The translations under genes were made by a program, and so were the position numbers. A stretch of DNA of 63,850 bases, counting the filler, from Craspedostauros australis (taxonomy: Eukaryota): assembly GCA_030167865.1 (NCBI GenBank). It is 8 parts of 8 records of this genome, joined end to end, with 100 filler letters (N's around TTAATTAATTAA, not from the genome) between each part and the next. Parts side by side here need not be neighbours in the genome. Positions count along the whole stretch, not along the records: positions 9,715 to 41,224 come from JALAGF010005580.1; positions 41,325 to 44,629 come from JALAGF010005582.1; positions 44,730 to 48,255 come from JALAGF010005584.1; 5 more parts are not named here. The stretch is one strand, 5' to 3'. A model generated the notes under the pieces. It was not told where the DNA came from. It made no database searches and saw nothing but the letters and a program-made list of their open reading frames with translations. Shown here in pieces: positions 35,626 to 48,355 of the stretch (position 1 is the stretch's first letter; the number at the start of each line of letters is the position of its first letter).

Positions 35626-37149
35626 TCACGCACTGAACTCCTCGTCCTCGTCGCATCCGCTGCTCTCGCTTCCAATCTCTTTGATACATTCATTGTGCTC
35701 GTCGTTGTTGTTGCACTTGTTGCCATTATCCAATTGGATACTCTCGGACCACGACATGTCCGCCAAGTCAGAAGAGGCCAGGCCCGCTGTGATGGAGGTC
35801 GTGCGGGGTTTCATTGCTGACGGCCGCGAAGTCTTCGTCGCGGTACGCGTATCGTTCGATTCCGGCGCAACGATCAACCGCTCCGATTGCAGGTACCGTA
35901 TCGCAAAGGCGATGGCGATGCAGGTCCCGATATGCCAATAGGCATGACCGCCGATACGTCCCCTGCAGATGATCGCGTCGACATCCAACGACCAGATGGT
36001 GTATGACACGGCGAACATGACGATGCATCCTGCTGCCATCCAGTAGTTGTACGTGTGCGTCTTGCGTCGCAGCAGCGTCATGACGGCAATGGCCGCACCC
36101 GAAAAGCCCACGAGCAGCGCCATCCACAAGGCGTTGTGCAGATCGATTGTGAATTCGAACAGGATGAAGAGGGCCATGACGAAGGGGACGGCGTAGACCC
36201 AGTATTGGCGTAGTTCGTGTTCGCGTTGCGGAGATGAGGACGAGGCCGTGCACAGGGATACGATGCAATAGATCATGGGGAATACGGAATTGGTGAACAT
36301 GCCGATGGCATCCCAATCGTTAGCGATGGCGCATTGCGAGGCGTGGAACCACCACGAGCCGAATCCCAGCAGTATCATCGTGCTGCCGAATGCAATCATC
36401 AGCATCGGGTATTGCAGGATCATGTTGAGTCGCTCCAAGTTCTTCAATGTGTTCGTAGCGATGTTGGCGTCCATCGGTGCTGCGGTTTGGAGCTGTGGAA
36501 GCTTGCATTGTTCTGATCGTGCTCCATCATGGGGATTTTTGTCGTCGGTGCTGTCGATAATGCTGTCTCTATCATCTGGATGGCCATTGGTCGCAACATT
36601 GCTGGATTGATGATCGATTTCATTGAACTTGCAGTTGCAGTTACAGTTGTCCTTGCACTTGCATGACTCAATGTCTCCATGCCTCCCATCTTCGTCGTCA
36701 CTCCTTGATCGTTCACCTGTCGCTGTCGCTGGATCTGTGCCATCGTCATTGCCAATACCATCATCTGCATTCATGACGCCCGAGCGCACCGAAGACTCGA
36801 CATCGTCATCACTGCGAAACAAAGCAGCATCAGTAGCGGCAATGGCAACCGCCGCTCGTCGACGTATCATCCACACCTCTCGCCATCGCATGGCTCCGAA
36901 GACGACGAGATACATGCCGTAGATGACGTAGGCATAGTTGCTGCGCGAATTGATCGGCTCCACCATGAACTTGGTCAGATCCGCTCTCTCCGATTCGCAA
37001 AAGCGCACGTTCTCGGAGATGTGCGATTGGCAGGACTTCCACACATGCCGCCCATCGAGCTGCCGGTCTGCGATCTCCAACGCCGCCAAACCGACACCCG
37101 AGATGACGAGAGACAGGATGATCGCGGTGCTTTCCTTCGTCTTGAACAT
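35626..37149 (-). CDS. Ceramidase-like CREST superfamily membrane hydrolase
   Basis: FCE...EPINSRSN, GSWWFHAS (SxxxH), WDAIGM, HAYWH (HxxWH) and about 7 TM helices. ATG at 37149. Confidence 0.85.
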   Translation of the reverse strand: MFKTKESTAIILSLVISGVGLAALEIADRQLDGRHVWKSCQSHISENVRFCESERADLTKFMVEPINSRSNYAYVIYGMYLVVFGAMRWREVWMIRRRAAVAIAATDAALFRSDDDVESSVRSGVMNADDGIGNDDGTDPATATGERSRSDDEDGRHGDIESCKCKDNCNCNCKFNEIDHQSSNVATNGHPDDRDSIIDSTDDKNPHDGARSEQCKLPQLQTAAPMDANIATNTLKNLERLNMILQYPMLMIAFGSTMILLGFGSWWFHASQCAIANDWDAIGMFTNSVFPMIYCIVSLCTASSSSPQREHELRQYWVYAVPFVMALFILFEFTIDLHNALWMALLVGFSGAAIAVMTLLRRKTHTYNYWMAAGCIVMFAVSYTIWSLDVDAIICRGRIGGHAYWHIGTCIAIAFAIRYLQSERLIVAPESNDTRTATKTSRPSAMKPRTTSITAGLASSDLADMSWSESIQLDNGNKCNNNDEHNECIKEIGSESSGCDEDEEFSA

Positions 37150-38964
37150 GGTGGTGGATGATCGCCTTTGTGGTGCAGAATTGAATCTCCGTCGTGCGAA
37201 GCCTGGAGGAGAATTGTTATTGTGGTGGTGTTGGATCCACATTTGCAAAGGCACATCATGGGAAGTGCATCGGTTCGGTTATCCTCATCTTTGGCCGCAC
37301 ACGACGCGTTTCGCACTCGTGTGTGCATCGAAGTGCTGTGTAATGTGATCAGAAGGCGACGAAAGAGAGCCCAGCATCATCGCGCAACCAGACCCTGATT
37401 TCCTCTCTGTGCTCACTCTGGTTGGTTCGCGCCTCCACATTCTCCCGCACGCTGTCTCTCCGCTTCGTTTCCTGTCTCCTTTGGGAAGCGAGATGCCTCT
37501 CGTTGGTTTGGGCAGTTGAGTTGTCGCTTGAGAGAAAGTGAGATCTTGCAGTCGTCACTCTGTGTCAGTTCCTCTCTGGCCGCGCCAACTGGATGGCAAA
37601 GAACGGCATTTTATCAGCAAAAGAACGAAAGCAGAAGCGCGTGCGTGTGCTTGCGTGCGAAGAGGGAGACACAAACAATGACACTCTTGACCACGATTGA
37701 TGTCCTGTTCTGTTGTGTGTTGTTGAAGCCTTGTTTTGTGTCTGGCTGTTTGCGAATTTCTGTTGAATTGTCTGTTTGTTGGAAATCGAAGCAGTCTGCC
37801 TCAATCCCGTTCTGTCGTTTGGAAAAGCAAGACAGGTTCGAATCACGTTACTTTCCAACACAATCAGTGACATCTGGGTATTCGGTAAATGTGTACATAC
37901 ATAGTATATGCTACATCGTGACGTCATATGGTAATGCATATGATCGTGTATGGAGCTTGTTATTACCAATAAATGCCAAAGCGACATTAATTACCGCTAC
38001 TTACAAAATGACAAAAACAGACAGCTCCAAACAAGATCAAACACAATCAGGAAATAGGACCACTTCGACTCAAACTCATCACAGAGAAACAGTCTTGCTT
38101 TGTTCGCGTTGGTGTGATCTCTTCGATTCTCCACGGAAACAAGAAGAACAAGGCGAAGAAGAAGAAACGTCACAAAAAGAGAGCAACATCATAACCACCA
38201 CAGACATCCTCACTCGCAGCGCGACAGACTTCACTCACACCCTCACTCCGTGATGCGAGGCAGCGCAACTATGGTACGATGCTCCACTCCACTGCACTGC
38301 ATTGCACTGCTCTAGACGAGCACAATGTGTGAGTCCATCACACCACACGAATAGTGCCGCACCAAGTCATATACAACATGCACTGAGGGAAGAGATATCC
38401 CACCGCAAGGCCACAGACGACGACACCTACGATTATGGCATCCGCTGCTCCCCTTTTCTTTTCATCCGCACTATCCATCCATTCCATCTCATCCTTCGCA
38501 ATGAACCCAAACTCGATGCAATGCGCAACCGCAAGGTTTTCGGGCAACATCCGGTCCCTCCTCACCGTAACCACATGGCACACAGCACGCACCAATCACA
38601 CCGACTGTTGTGCAGAAGCCGGCATCGATTCAAATGCCATACCAATCAATGACGTCATCTTGCACAATGCTCTGCATCAGTGGTCAACGTCAAGGATGGT
38701 GCTCGCTACGTCACGTCCGCCCTCATCGCCGATCTCGAGTGCCGCGGGTCCAATTACTCCACCCAAGTTCAAGTGGTATGGGTACTTCTTTTGACTTCGC
38801 CAGCAAGCCAATCATCAACACCATCATCAATTCCGCTGGCGTCGCCCTCCTTGTGGACCGTGGAATGAAGTGGGCCGCCCTCTCAAGCTCAACGTCGCCT
38901 ACCGCATGATCCCAGATGAGGACTCGTATTCCATATCTCGTTTTACGAGCTCACCCCCACGCAC

Positions 38965-39913
38965 CACGTGGAAACAATCATCGTCTTCAGCGCGCTTACG
39001 CCATGTGCCATTGTCATCCTGGACGTCATGTTCCGGGGCCGCGAGTGGCCCTCCATGTTGGGATGAACGGGTCTGGTGGCCTTGGTCACCTTGGTCATCA
39101 GCGCCTAAGGTTATGCCAGCTTCGACGATAAGTTCCAGACGCAAGGATGGTCGCCCTACGGTTGGCCCATCATCTATCTCATCATCATCGCTTCGGAAAT
39201 GGTGCGTTTCAGCAACGGCGGCGGCAGTGGCAACAGCAGCAACTCGCGCACTTGCAGGATGCTCCTGTGGTGCTTGTGATGCGTCCGAGGTGCTCTCTCT
39301 TGAGAGGGTGGTTTCAGGATGCAGCCTGCATAATACGCACCATTGGAAGCGCTCGAAATGTACCGAAAATCACAGCGATGCCCATATCCGCACCGCTGTG
39401 TATTCTCACACAGTTCTTGGACTCCTTCCATGGTCCATCTCTTCCCCATGTGTTGTTCTTTCACATAATACGCAATCTGATCGACCCATCACACCTCGAC
39501 AGGCCTACGGAAAGAAGATCGGCAAATCGGTTCCGCTGGAAACGCTGAGCAGGCCCGTTGTCTACACTAGCATCCTTTTCATCATCCCCATGATGGTCCT
39601 AGCGAATGTCAAGGGAGAGTGCACGGGTGTCTGCACTTCTGGCAGTCCAAGCCATCGGGCAAGGCGCGCCTTGTTCCTATCACGATCTTCCTCATCCTCG
39701 GATCCTTCGTCGGGACAGACATCGGTTGCTCGGTCTGGTGGGTCCGGTCTCTTGTCCCCGCTACCTTCTTCACTTTGATCGGGGTACTCAATAAGTGCCT
39801 CGCCATCCTCCTCAACCTCATCGTTTGGGACCAACATGGGGGCAAAAGCAGAATCATGTGCCTGCTGCTCTCTCTGGCCGGCAGCATCATCTACCAGCAG
39901 CCTCTCATGCAAA
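38965..39913 (+). pseudogene. GDP-sugar (GONST/SLC35-type) nucleotide-sugar transporter pseudogene fragment
   Basis: VETIIVF...LDVMFRGREWPS...GYASFDDKF...SEM|intron 39202-39502|AYGKKI...ATFFTLIGVLNK...WDQH...YQQ. In-frame stops at 39064 (TGA) and 39106 (TAA), frameshift near 39625, N-terminus absent. Confidence 0.8.
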
Positions 39914-40953
39914 TGTCAGGAATCGGGGGTACGACTTTGTCAAGATACCCATGATTGCCGCACCTCCCAATAATATCTTCACAACTCAATGGATTCAACA
40001 TTGTTGATCACACTCGGACAACCTTGTAAGCCTGTCCCACCTCACGCAACCAATCGTGTCTTGCATCACAGGGTCTGTCCATGGTCCGTCATGGAAGTGA
40101 GGGCGAACCTATGATTTTACCACTAGTGTCTCGTGGCTTGAGTGGAGGCCAATTTTTTTGGTAACCATTGGTAACAATTGGTAACTAGTCGCATGAGTCA
40201 ATTTTGACGTAGACGCTGGTACATTTTGTACGTCAGTCCCACGCAAACCAGCCCCAAAACCATCATTTTTGATACAAACCTCCTCGGCAAGTCCATGCCG
40301 CTCCGTTTGTTTGGGCTCTCCTTTGGTGAGCACTCTCATGTGTGGCTTGTAATCTCANNNNNNNNNNNNNNNNNNNNNNNNNNNNNNNNNNNNNNNNNNN
40401 NNNNNNNTCCATGCCGCTCCGTTTGTTTGGGCTCTCCTTTGGTGAGCACTCTCATGTGTGGCTTGTAATCTCACACCCCAACTATGGTGGCAATTGGTTG
40501 GGTAGTGGTCGAGATCTGTTTGTTTCTTTGGAGCAGGCACTCGTTGATCCCATTCACGAATGCCAATCACCGCGATGTATCGTGGCGAATTTCTGTGTGC
40601 CCCAGCGCGTGTTAACACGCGGTGGAAATGATCACAAAACATTGTGGTGCCAACCAATGTGTTCTTCACATGCTATGATCAGTTCCTTATATCCTGATAT
40701 CATCCATTGCAACTTCGTTCATCGTATTGCATTGTAGTTGTTTGTGGTTGATTGCTTCTGCAATAGCGTTTTAGTTCTACTCCAGAATACCGTACACCAG
40801 CAACCGTCTTGGCAACAGCAACTTGGATGCATGTGTATCGTTGCGTCCATCCTGCTTGGGAGAGCAATGATCCCTTGGTTAGCNNNNNNNNNNNNNNNNN
40901 NNNNNNNNNNNNNNNNNNNNNNNNNNNNNNNNNNNAGGAGTCCAATCTCGCCA
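39914..40953 (+). mobile_element. LTR (or LTR-derived) sequence related to the LTR at 50476
   Basis: Starts TGTCAGGAATCGGGGGTACGACTTTGTC...GATTGCCGCACCTCCCA, closely matching 50476 TGTCAGGAATCGAGGGTGCGACTATGTC...GATTGCCGCACCTCCCA. The end (CCAATCTCGCCA, resembling CCAATCTCTCAACA) is tentative. Confidence 0.6.
40113..40260 (-). promoter_or_regulatory. Second copy of the conserved non-coding cassette, inside the LTR-like sequence, reverse orientation
   Basis: Core 40209-40240 matches 51702-51733 at 25/32 positions without gaps. TTGGTAAC x3 at 10-bp spacing and a CACTAG..AAAATC block. Confidence 0.5.
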
Positions 40954-41324
40954 TGCTCTGATCGCTCTTCTTTGGATCTTCCGCATCGCTGAGCATGTGC
41001 AACTGCGCCGCGCACAATTTCCACGCGGTGTGAGCACATGTTAGCATATATCGCGTGCACAATGTAGATGCCAGTGTTCGATTGGCCTTAGCGGCGCTCG
41101 AGACCAGTGTAGAACATCAGGCTACCTCTACAGAACGGTTCGAACGCGGTTTGATAGAGCACGAACAGCGACTGCGTCAACGACCCCACCCATCGCATGA
41201 GCGCAGGATAGGTGGCTAGTCTTCNNNNNNNNNNNNNNNNNNNNNNNNNNNNNNNNNNNNNNNNNNNNTTAATTAATTAANNNNNNNNNNNNNNNNNNNN
41301 NNNNNNNNNNNNNNNNNNNNNNNN

Positions 41325-43048
41325 TTCCTCGCCAACATCGGCAACATGGACATCGCCAACGTGGCCAACACCAACTGCGTCCTCGCACCCGGAACCAACA
41401 CTCTCTACGCGTTGTGGGAAGGAGGCAAGCCATACGCTCTCGATCCTGTCACACTCGACATGAAGCAAGAGGATGAGGTCGATATGGGTGGCATGTTGAA
41501 CAAGGATGACAGCATCTCCGCTCACTACCGCTACGATCCCATCAAGAACACGTACGTCACATTCGGCACCACTCTGCCCGGCATGGGCAAGGATGAGAAC
41601 AAGATTCATCTCTACGAGTACGATACCGACACCTACCAACCAAAGGCAGCAGACGACAACGCCGCTGACGACAACGCCGCTGACGACAGCGACCCAAGAG
41701 TATGCATCACGCTGCCCGGAAGAGCGATGATGCATGACTTCATCTTGACCGAGAACTACGTCGTCTTCACCTGGGTGAAGGCAGCACTCGATCCTCTCCG
41801 CACCATGAAGGCGCTGCTTGGATTCGGTGCCATCAGCGACTCCCTCACCATCCCTCAAGACAGCGAGACCACACTCCTCGTCGTTCCACGATCGTTGATG
41901 TCCGCCTCCGCCCACGAAGGTGTGAAGGTCGACAAGGATGGCGACATCTGCATCGACGCCCTTGCCGATGACAGGATCACCCGCATCGAGCTCCCGTTCN
42001 GCTTCAACTTCCACTTTGGAAATGCCTACGAAGCCGACGGCGATGACGGCGATCGCCACCTCACCTTCGACATGATCCGGACCAGCGAAGACAAGGACTT
42101 CGATTTCGCCATCCACTCATCCAACGACAGCAACAAGCCAGTGTGGGAGACACTCCAAGCACCGGACGTCGAAGTCGGAGACATGGCTCGGTACACCGTC
42201 AACCTAGACGCCAAGCAACTCCAGCAGGATCCCATCATCCTTTGCGATCAGTGTCCAGAGTTCCCCGTCGTCCCAAAGCACATCTCATCCAGACCGCACC
42301 GATACACCTACACCACGGCGTCTCGCAAGAAGACCCCATCCTTCCTGTCCAAGCCAATGTGGGGTGCCCAGAGCGCCATCACGAAGATCGACGCCACCAC
42401 ACCTGGCAAGTACGAGGCATGGGCGTTCGATTCGGACGAGTTCGTTGGCGAGCCGACCATGGTCCGCAAGCAGGGCGCAGATCCGGACAAGGAGGATGCG
42501 TGCTACGTGATGACCACGNNNNNNNNNNNNNNNNNNNNNNNNNNNNNNNNNNNNNNNNNNNNNNNNNNCTAGACGCCAAGCAACTCCAGCAGGATCCCAT
42601 CATCCTTTGCGATCAGTGTCCAGAGTTCCCCGTCGTCCCAAAGCACATCTCATCCAGACCGCACCGATACACCTACACCACGGCGTCTCGCAAGAAGACC
42701 CCATCCTTCCTGTCCAAGCCAATGTGGGGTGCCCAGAGCGCCATCACGAAGATCGACGCCACCACACCTGGCAAGTACGAGGCATGGGCGTTCGATTCGG
42801 ATGAGTTCGTTGGCGAGCCGACCATGGTCCGCAAGCAGGGCGCCGATCCGGACAAGGAGGATGCGTGCTACGTGATGACCACGGTATCGAAGGTGTCGAC
42901 GGGAACAACGGACATCGCCATCATGGACGTTGAGGGAGAGGGTGCGTTGGAGAGGGGTCCAGTCTGCCGCCTGCGCTTGCCGGAGTTCCTGCCGAATGCT
43001 GGTTTGCACGGAGGATTTTTTGAGGGTGCTGTGTATAACTTTGACTGA
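41325..43048 (+). CDS. Carotenoid cleavage oxygenase (RPE65/CCD/ACO family), 5' incomplete; about 315 bp duplicated around gap 42519-42568
   Basis: NVANTN, ALWEGG.PY.LDP.TL, four His ligands (SAHY, MHDF, FHFGNA, GLHG), EFP and VGEP. Confidence 0.92.
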
Positions 43049-44729
43049 GTTGCTCACGGCCTCGAAAGGAATGAAGGCAACTCCCAGCGGCGCACCGTAG
43101 ACAACCTGATAGAAGCAACATAAATGATGAATGGGACTCCAAAGACCCACTGTCGCCACAGTGACCTGTCCCGATCGATTTTCAGATAGAACTAAACATG
43201 ATAGAGAATAAATGATTTTGATATAAGTACAACGAGGAAGCGTAAGTGGCGTATTTATTTGATCGTGCAATGAGAGAACGAGCCTGCCGCAAAAATGGTC
43301 CGATTTGTGGGACACGCGGTCGCGAAAGGACATCATGGGCACCACAGAAACACCACGGACAGATTGGGATTCATCATTTGTCGTGTTGGGACAAAAATGT
43401 CGACATCACCACACGTGTTTCCGCCACTTGGGTGTTGCCATCTGCCAACCACAACTACACGATTCGCCAGGGAACGATGGAACAATGGCGGAGCCTCCAC
43501 CTCCCTGGCACAAACCACACCTTTGGGATAGAGAAGAAGCCAAAGGGGCATGCATGCGAGCCACAAGTGACGAGATGAAGGGGCTGTGGTGATGGATGGT
43601 ATAAATGCTCCTCCCACACATGTGCTCCGCTCGTTCTTCGCTTGCACAATCTCCACAGACCGGAGGCGACAGCCGATCCAGAACGTTGTGTCATGGACAG
43701 CTCCGGCAACACTGATACAACATCAACCAAGGATGATCAGCCTTTGGAGGCGCCACAGGTGCACACTGTTCTTGTGCGTTGGGCGAGTGCTTCCTGTTGT
43801 CAACTATCCGCTTCAATGCAAGTAGTACGTGCGCGCACTCCACGAATACAAGTGCTCCAGGGCCATCCAAGTATTCAGGAACATGGGGAGTTGACGACTA
43901 GTTGGCATTGGAAGTTAGATCGTGCGGTGTCATTCCAATAAAATCGAAGCTCATTTCCTTGTTTCGCGCCCACGAAAGGAATGGCAAGACACATCTGTCA
44001 CCCTGCCGCCCGCTACCAACAACTTGTTCGCTGAAGAACTATCACTGCTATCACCACGATCACCCTGCCTAATCTTACGAACTGGTCCTTGACGAAGTGG
44101 ACGCTGATCACAACCACAACGCGATCCCGCGTATGCAACCTGCTTGTTGGGGTTGCGCAGAACACATCATCGGCTGCGACAGCGACAGCATCAGCAGCGA
44201 TGGCACCGGAGGGCCTGCTTTGGGTAGTGGGATCAAGACATCTCCACGCACAAAGCAGCCGCGCGACGTGTCAATCAACGATGAAATGGCGCGGCATCGC
44301 TCTGCAATTCGGTAGTCGTTCACGCCGCCTTGTGCGCTAGTTCAATAGCTTGTACTGCTGTTCGACCCCATCGTCTGATTCCGCAAGGCTCGCGAGAGCG
44401 AGTGCGCGGCACATCTGCGAAAGTACATCGTTGGGTTGGGACAAGTCGCTTGAAGACGCCATTCAACGTTTGTTGGCGTCCACATCTAATCTGCTTCAGA
44501 GCTTGCTTTGAGGCAGATTTTCGGGGACAGCCAGGTGCGATCTTTGCTTTGCGCATGTGAATACCTCCTGGCAACGTTCCCTGGTCCACCAGCGATTTCG
44601 GGCTCGTTGCCCCGTGCTCTCTCTTTTGGNNNNNNNNNNNNNNNNNNNNNNNNNNNNNNNNNNNNNNNNNNNNTTAATTAATTAANNNNNNNNNNNNNNN
44701 NNNNNNNNNNNNNNNNNNNNNNNNNNNNN

Positions 44730-47700
44730 CAGCAGGCATTCGTCCGGTTCATGCTCCATTCCTTTGGGGCATTGCATGTAGATCTCTTCCTCGAGATCCC
44801 CGTGTAGGAAGGCAGTTTCGAAGTCGATGATGATGCTGTCTGTCTTCAACAGCATCTTCATGGTTAGCATCACTCGGTATGTTGCATCGTGGATCACTGG
44901 CGCATGATGAGCGGAAAAATCCACTCCAGCAATCTGCGAGTATCCACAGGCAACCAACCTGGCGCGAAAGACTCCATTTCTCTTCTCCTTGAAGACCCAT
45001 TTCGTNNNNNNNNNNNNNNNNNNNNNNNNNNNNNNNNNNNNNNNNNNNNNNNNNNNNNNNNNNNNNNNNGTCATGTCGTAGAACTCCTTATTGATGGCCT
45101 CCCGCCATTTCCTCCGCTTCGCTGGATCTGCATGATCCCAGCATTCCTCGAAGGTGGTTGGGTCCAGCATCATAGACGTGTATGCATGCTCGGACGTTTC
45201 GTTCCAATCCCCTCTTTCGACTCGTTGGCTTGCTGCGATGAACTCATCCAGTCTCATTCTCCCTTCCGTGGTGTCGATCATTAGACTCGCCACGTCTCTA
45301 TTGAACATGGATATGTTCGAATGGAAGTCTCGTTCGCCCGTGGTTGCATGGATCGTCTCAGCTGTCTCAGCTGGTTCATCCTCTCCACTGCTTGATTCTG
45401 AGTCGGATTCATATCCTGGTGGATTGTTGNNCGGGACCAAACCCCGTAGCATCCTTGACATCTTTGCCACAGGTCTTGCTGGGGGTTGCTCGATCTCTCT
45501 GCCTTCGGCGGCTTGTCTTCGAGTCACTCGTGTGTCGNCCCTTCCGGATTCATCGTCGTCTTCATCGTCCGATGGATCGTCTCCTTGGGCAGGTAGCAGT
45601 TCATCTTGCTTCGATGCATAGCCTGCGGTATCTTCGTAGTCGGTTCCGGGCTCTCTGCTTCGATCAGATGATACGGCCTTCGCTTCTCTTGCGACACTCG
45701 TGTCATTCTCCCAAGTAACCTTCGTATTGCGGAGTGCTGCTCCGGCATCGAAGTCGTCGTCTTCCAGATCCATCATTTGTGTTCTGTTGGCGTTCTCAAC
45801 ACCTTTGAATTGCCCGTACGACTGGTTCATCCATGTCACGTCTCTGGTGATTAGGATTCTCGTGGTTGCCAGATTCATCATGCGGTATACGCCATTCGCA
45901 TGAGATTGTCCGTACCCGACGAACATGGCTGGCTTGGACCTGTCATCCAGTTTCGCTTTGATTGCGCGACTGCCTATGTAGACCATTCCGATCTCTCCGA
46001 AGATACGCAATCCTTTCGCGTAGGTTGGGGTCTGTCCATTGAGTAGCAGGCATGCAGGTTCTCTCGACTTAGTCTCGATGATGTTCTCGATCTGCGTTGC
46101 GTTCCTTGCTGCCTCTGCCCATAGTTTGCCGCGCAGTTGTCTCGGTAGGTGCGCCTGGTTCAGCATTGACCTGACCTTACCATAGAGAACCGCGAATTTT
46201 CGTTCCACTCTTCCGTTCTGTTGAGGAGTTGATGCGGCAGTGTACTCGAAGGTTGGGGCAAAGCCTGCTCTTAGTAGTAGGGCCTCTGCGCTGTAGTTCT
46301 CTCCTGCATTGTCACATCTGACATTCTTCACTGTCACTTGTTGATTGCCTGATAGCCACTTCAGCAATGATAGTAGTTTGGGACCGACTTCGCTCTTTTC
46401 TTTGACGAAGTAGCTCCAGCAGTAGTCGCTGTAGTCGTTGATGACCAGCAACCAGTACTTCCCATGTCCGAAGCTCGTTGCTTGGACACTTGAAGTATCC
46501 ATGAAGAGTCGTTCTCCGACCTTNNNNNNNNNNNNNNNNNNNNNNNNNNNNNNNNNNNNNNNNNNNNNNNNNNTTGCGCGACTGCCGATGTAGACCATTC
46601 CGATCTCCCCGAAGATACGCAATCCTTTCGCATAGGTTGGGGTCTGTCCATTGAGTATCAGGCACGCAGGGTCTCTTGACTTAGTCTCGATGATGTTCTC
46701 GATCTGCGTTGCGTTCCTTGCTGCCTCTGCCCATAGTTTGCCGCGCAGTTGTCTCGGTAGGTGCGCCTGGTTCAGCATTGACCTGACCTTNNNNNNNNNN
46801 NNNNNNNNNNNNNNNNNNNNNNNNNNNNNNNNNNNNNNNNNNNNNNNNNNNNNNNNNNNNNNNNNNNNNNNNNNNNNNNNNNNNNNNNNNNNNGCCTCTG
46901 CGCTGTAGTTCTCTCCGGCATTGTCACATCTGACATTCTTCACTGTCACTTGTTGATTGCCTGATAGCCACTTCAACAAAGATAGTAGTTTGGGGCCGAC
47001 TTCGCTCTTTTCTTTAACGAAGTAGCTCCAGCAGTAGTCACTATAGTCGTCGATGACCAGTAACCAGTACTTCCCATGTCCGAAGCTCGTTGCTTGGACA
47101 CTCGAAGTATCCATGAAGAGTCGTTCTCCGACCTTCTTCGCTCGTAGTTGGAGAGTTTTGGTCAGGCGTTTTTGCTTCGCCTTTCCGATCGCGCAGTCCT
47201 CGCATGGATTAAGAGTCCCAGTGACATTCCATCCATATTGTCTCGCCGTCCTGGAGATCGTGTAAGAGTCAACGTGGCCTAGCATTTTATGGAGCTTATT
47301 CACATCCATGGGCTTCTTTGTGTCGAGCCCGATGTTCGCCATCTCTTCGCTCTTGGGGGCAGGTATCATGTTCACACCGAGCACGAATCCGCTGTGAGTT
47401 GCCATGATCCGATCGAATCGGATGCGCTGCCCGTTCTTATCCAGTGCAATGATCACGCCTTTGTTACTGATGTTGAATCCATTATGGAGCGCCTTGCCGA
47501 TGCTCAACAGGTTGACCCAGAGCTTAGGCACGTAACGTACTCCCTTCAGGATGATGATGGCGCTCTTGCCGTCCTTCTGCATTACTCGCATGCGTAGATC
47601 ACCGACCTTAGTGGCGCGGAGGAATTTTCCGCTCCCCACCTTCACAGAGAAGTTCGAGAGGCGCACGTTAGTCATGCCCTCATCGTTGTTAGTCAAGTGG

Positions 47701-48255
47701 CAAGACGCGCCGGTATCCCCCAACCATGTGTTAGCTTCATGTTGGTCTGGAGCAACCAGCTCTCGGTTGCTCTCACTCGACTCGTGATCTTCGATCACCA
47801 TGGCCATTTCGTGTCCGAACCTTGTTTGTTCGAAGTGTTCCATCAGCTCGAATTTGTATTCCGGGCTTCCTGCCATCGGTCTGACTTTTGGGAGTTCCGG
47901 GCACTCCAAGCCGTCTCTTACTTCGGTGTCGTCCCAGCCTCTCATCCATGAGACGCGTTGGGTACACAAGCGGCTCATNNNNNNNNNNNNNNNNNNNNNN
48001 NNNNNNNNNNNNNNNNNNNNNNNNNNNNNNNNNNNNNNNNNNNNNNNNTTGAGCGATATGTCGTATGCTCCGTGGAACCCAATTTGGGTGAGCATGTAGT
48101 AGAGCTCTCGGGTTCCCAAGCAGTAGGCTTTCTCCCGAATGGATTCCCTCCTGACGTCGTAGCACAGAAGTGCGTCATTGATTCGGACTTGCACAGCCTC
48201 CATGACGTTGGATAGTGAGATCCTCACGGCGTCCTCCACTGAGTCGAATCGGCTC
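44730..48255 (-). mobile_element. Ty1/copia pol fragment: protease, GAG-pre-integrase, integrase, start of RT
   Basis: WLGDTGASCH, HKMLGH...CEDC, DDYSDYCW, RCDNAGE, PQQNGRVER, KWVFK...RARLVACGYSQ, DFETAFLHG. Integrase segment is present twice across gaps. Confidence 0.95.
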
Positions 48256-48355
48256 NNNNNNNNNNNNNNNNNNNNNNNNNNNNNNNNNNNNNNNNNNNNT
48301 TAATTAATTAANNNNNNNNNNNNNNNNNNNNNNNNNNNNNNNNNNNNNNNNNNNN

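Noticed and set aside
32483..37149. Co-oriented AIM24 / 2OG oxygenase / ceramidase as an operon or pathway cluster
   Set aside because: The functions are unrelated and the spacing is ordinary for eukaryotic genes. Nothing supports a shared pathway.
39064..39066. In-frame TGA as selenocysteine
   Set aside because: It is accompanied by a TAA stop and a frameshift in a transporter fragment, and no SECIS is recognisable.
42204..42882. Apparent tandem duplications flanking 50-N gaps (also ~1003-1138, 40292-40472, 57889-58720, 62667-63573)
   Set aside because: Near-identical overlaps on both sides of fixed-size gaps indicate unmerged contig or haplotype overlaps.
45960..47135. Double integrase domain in one copia pol
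   Set aside because: The copies are separated by N gaps and differ by scattered substitutions. Most likely two genomic copies or alleles were scaffolded together.
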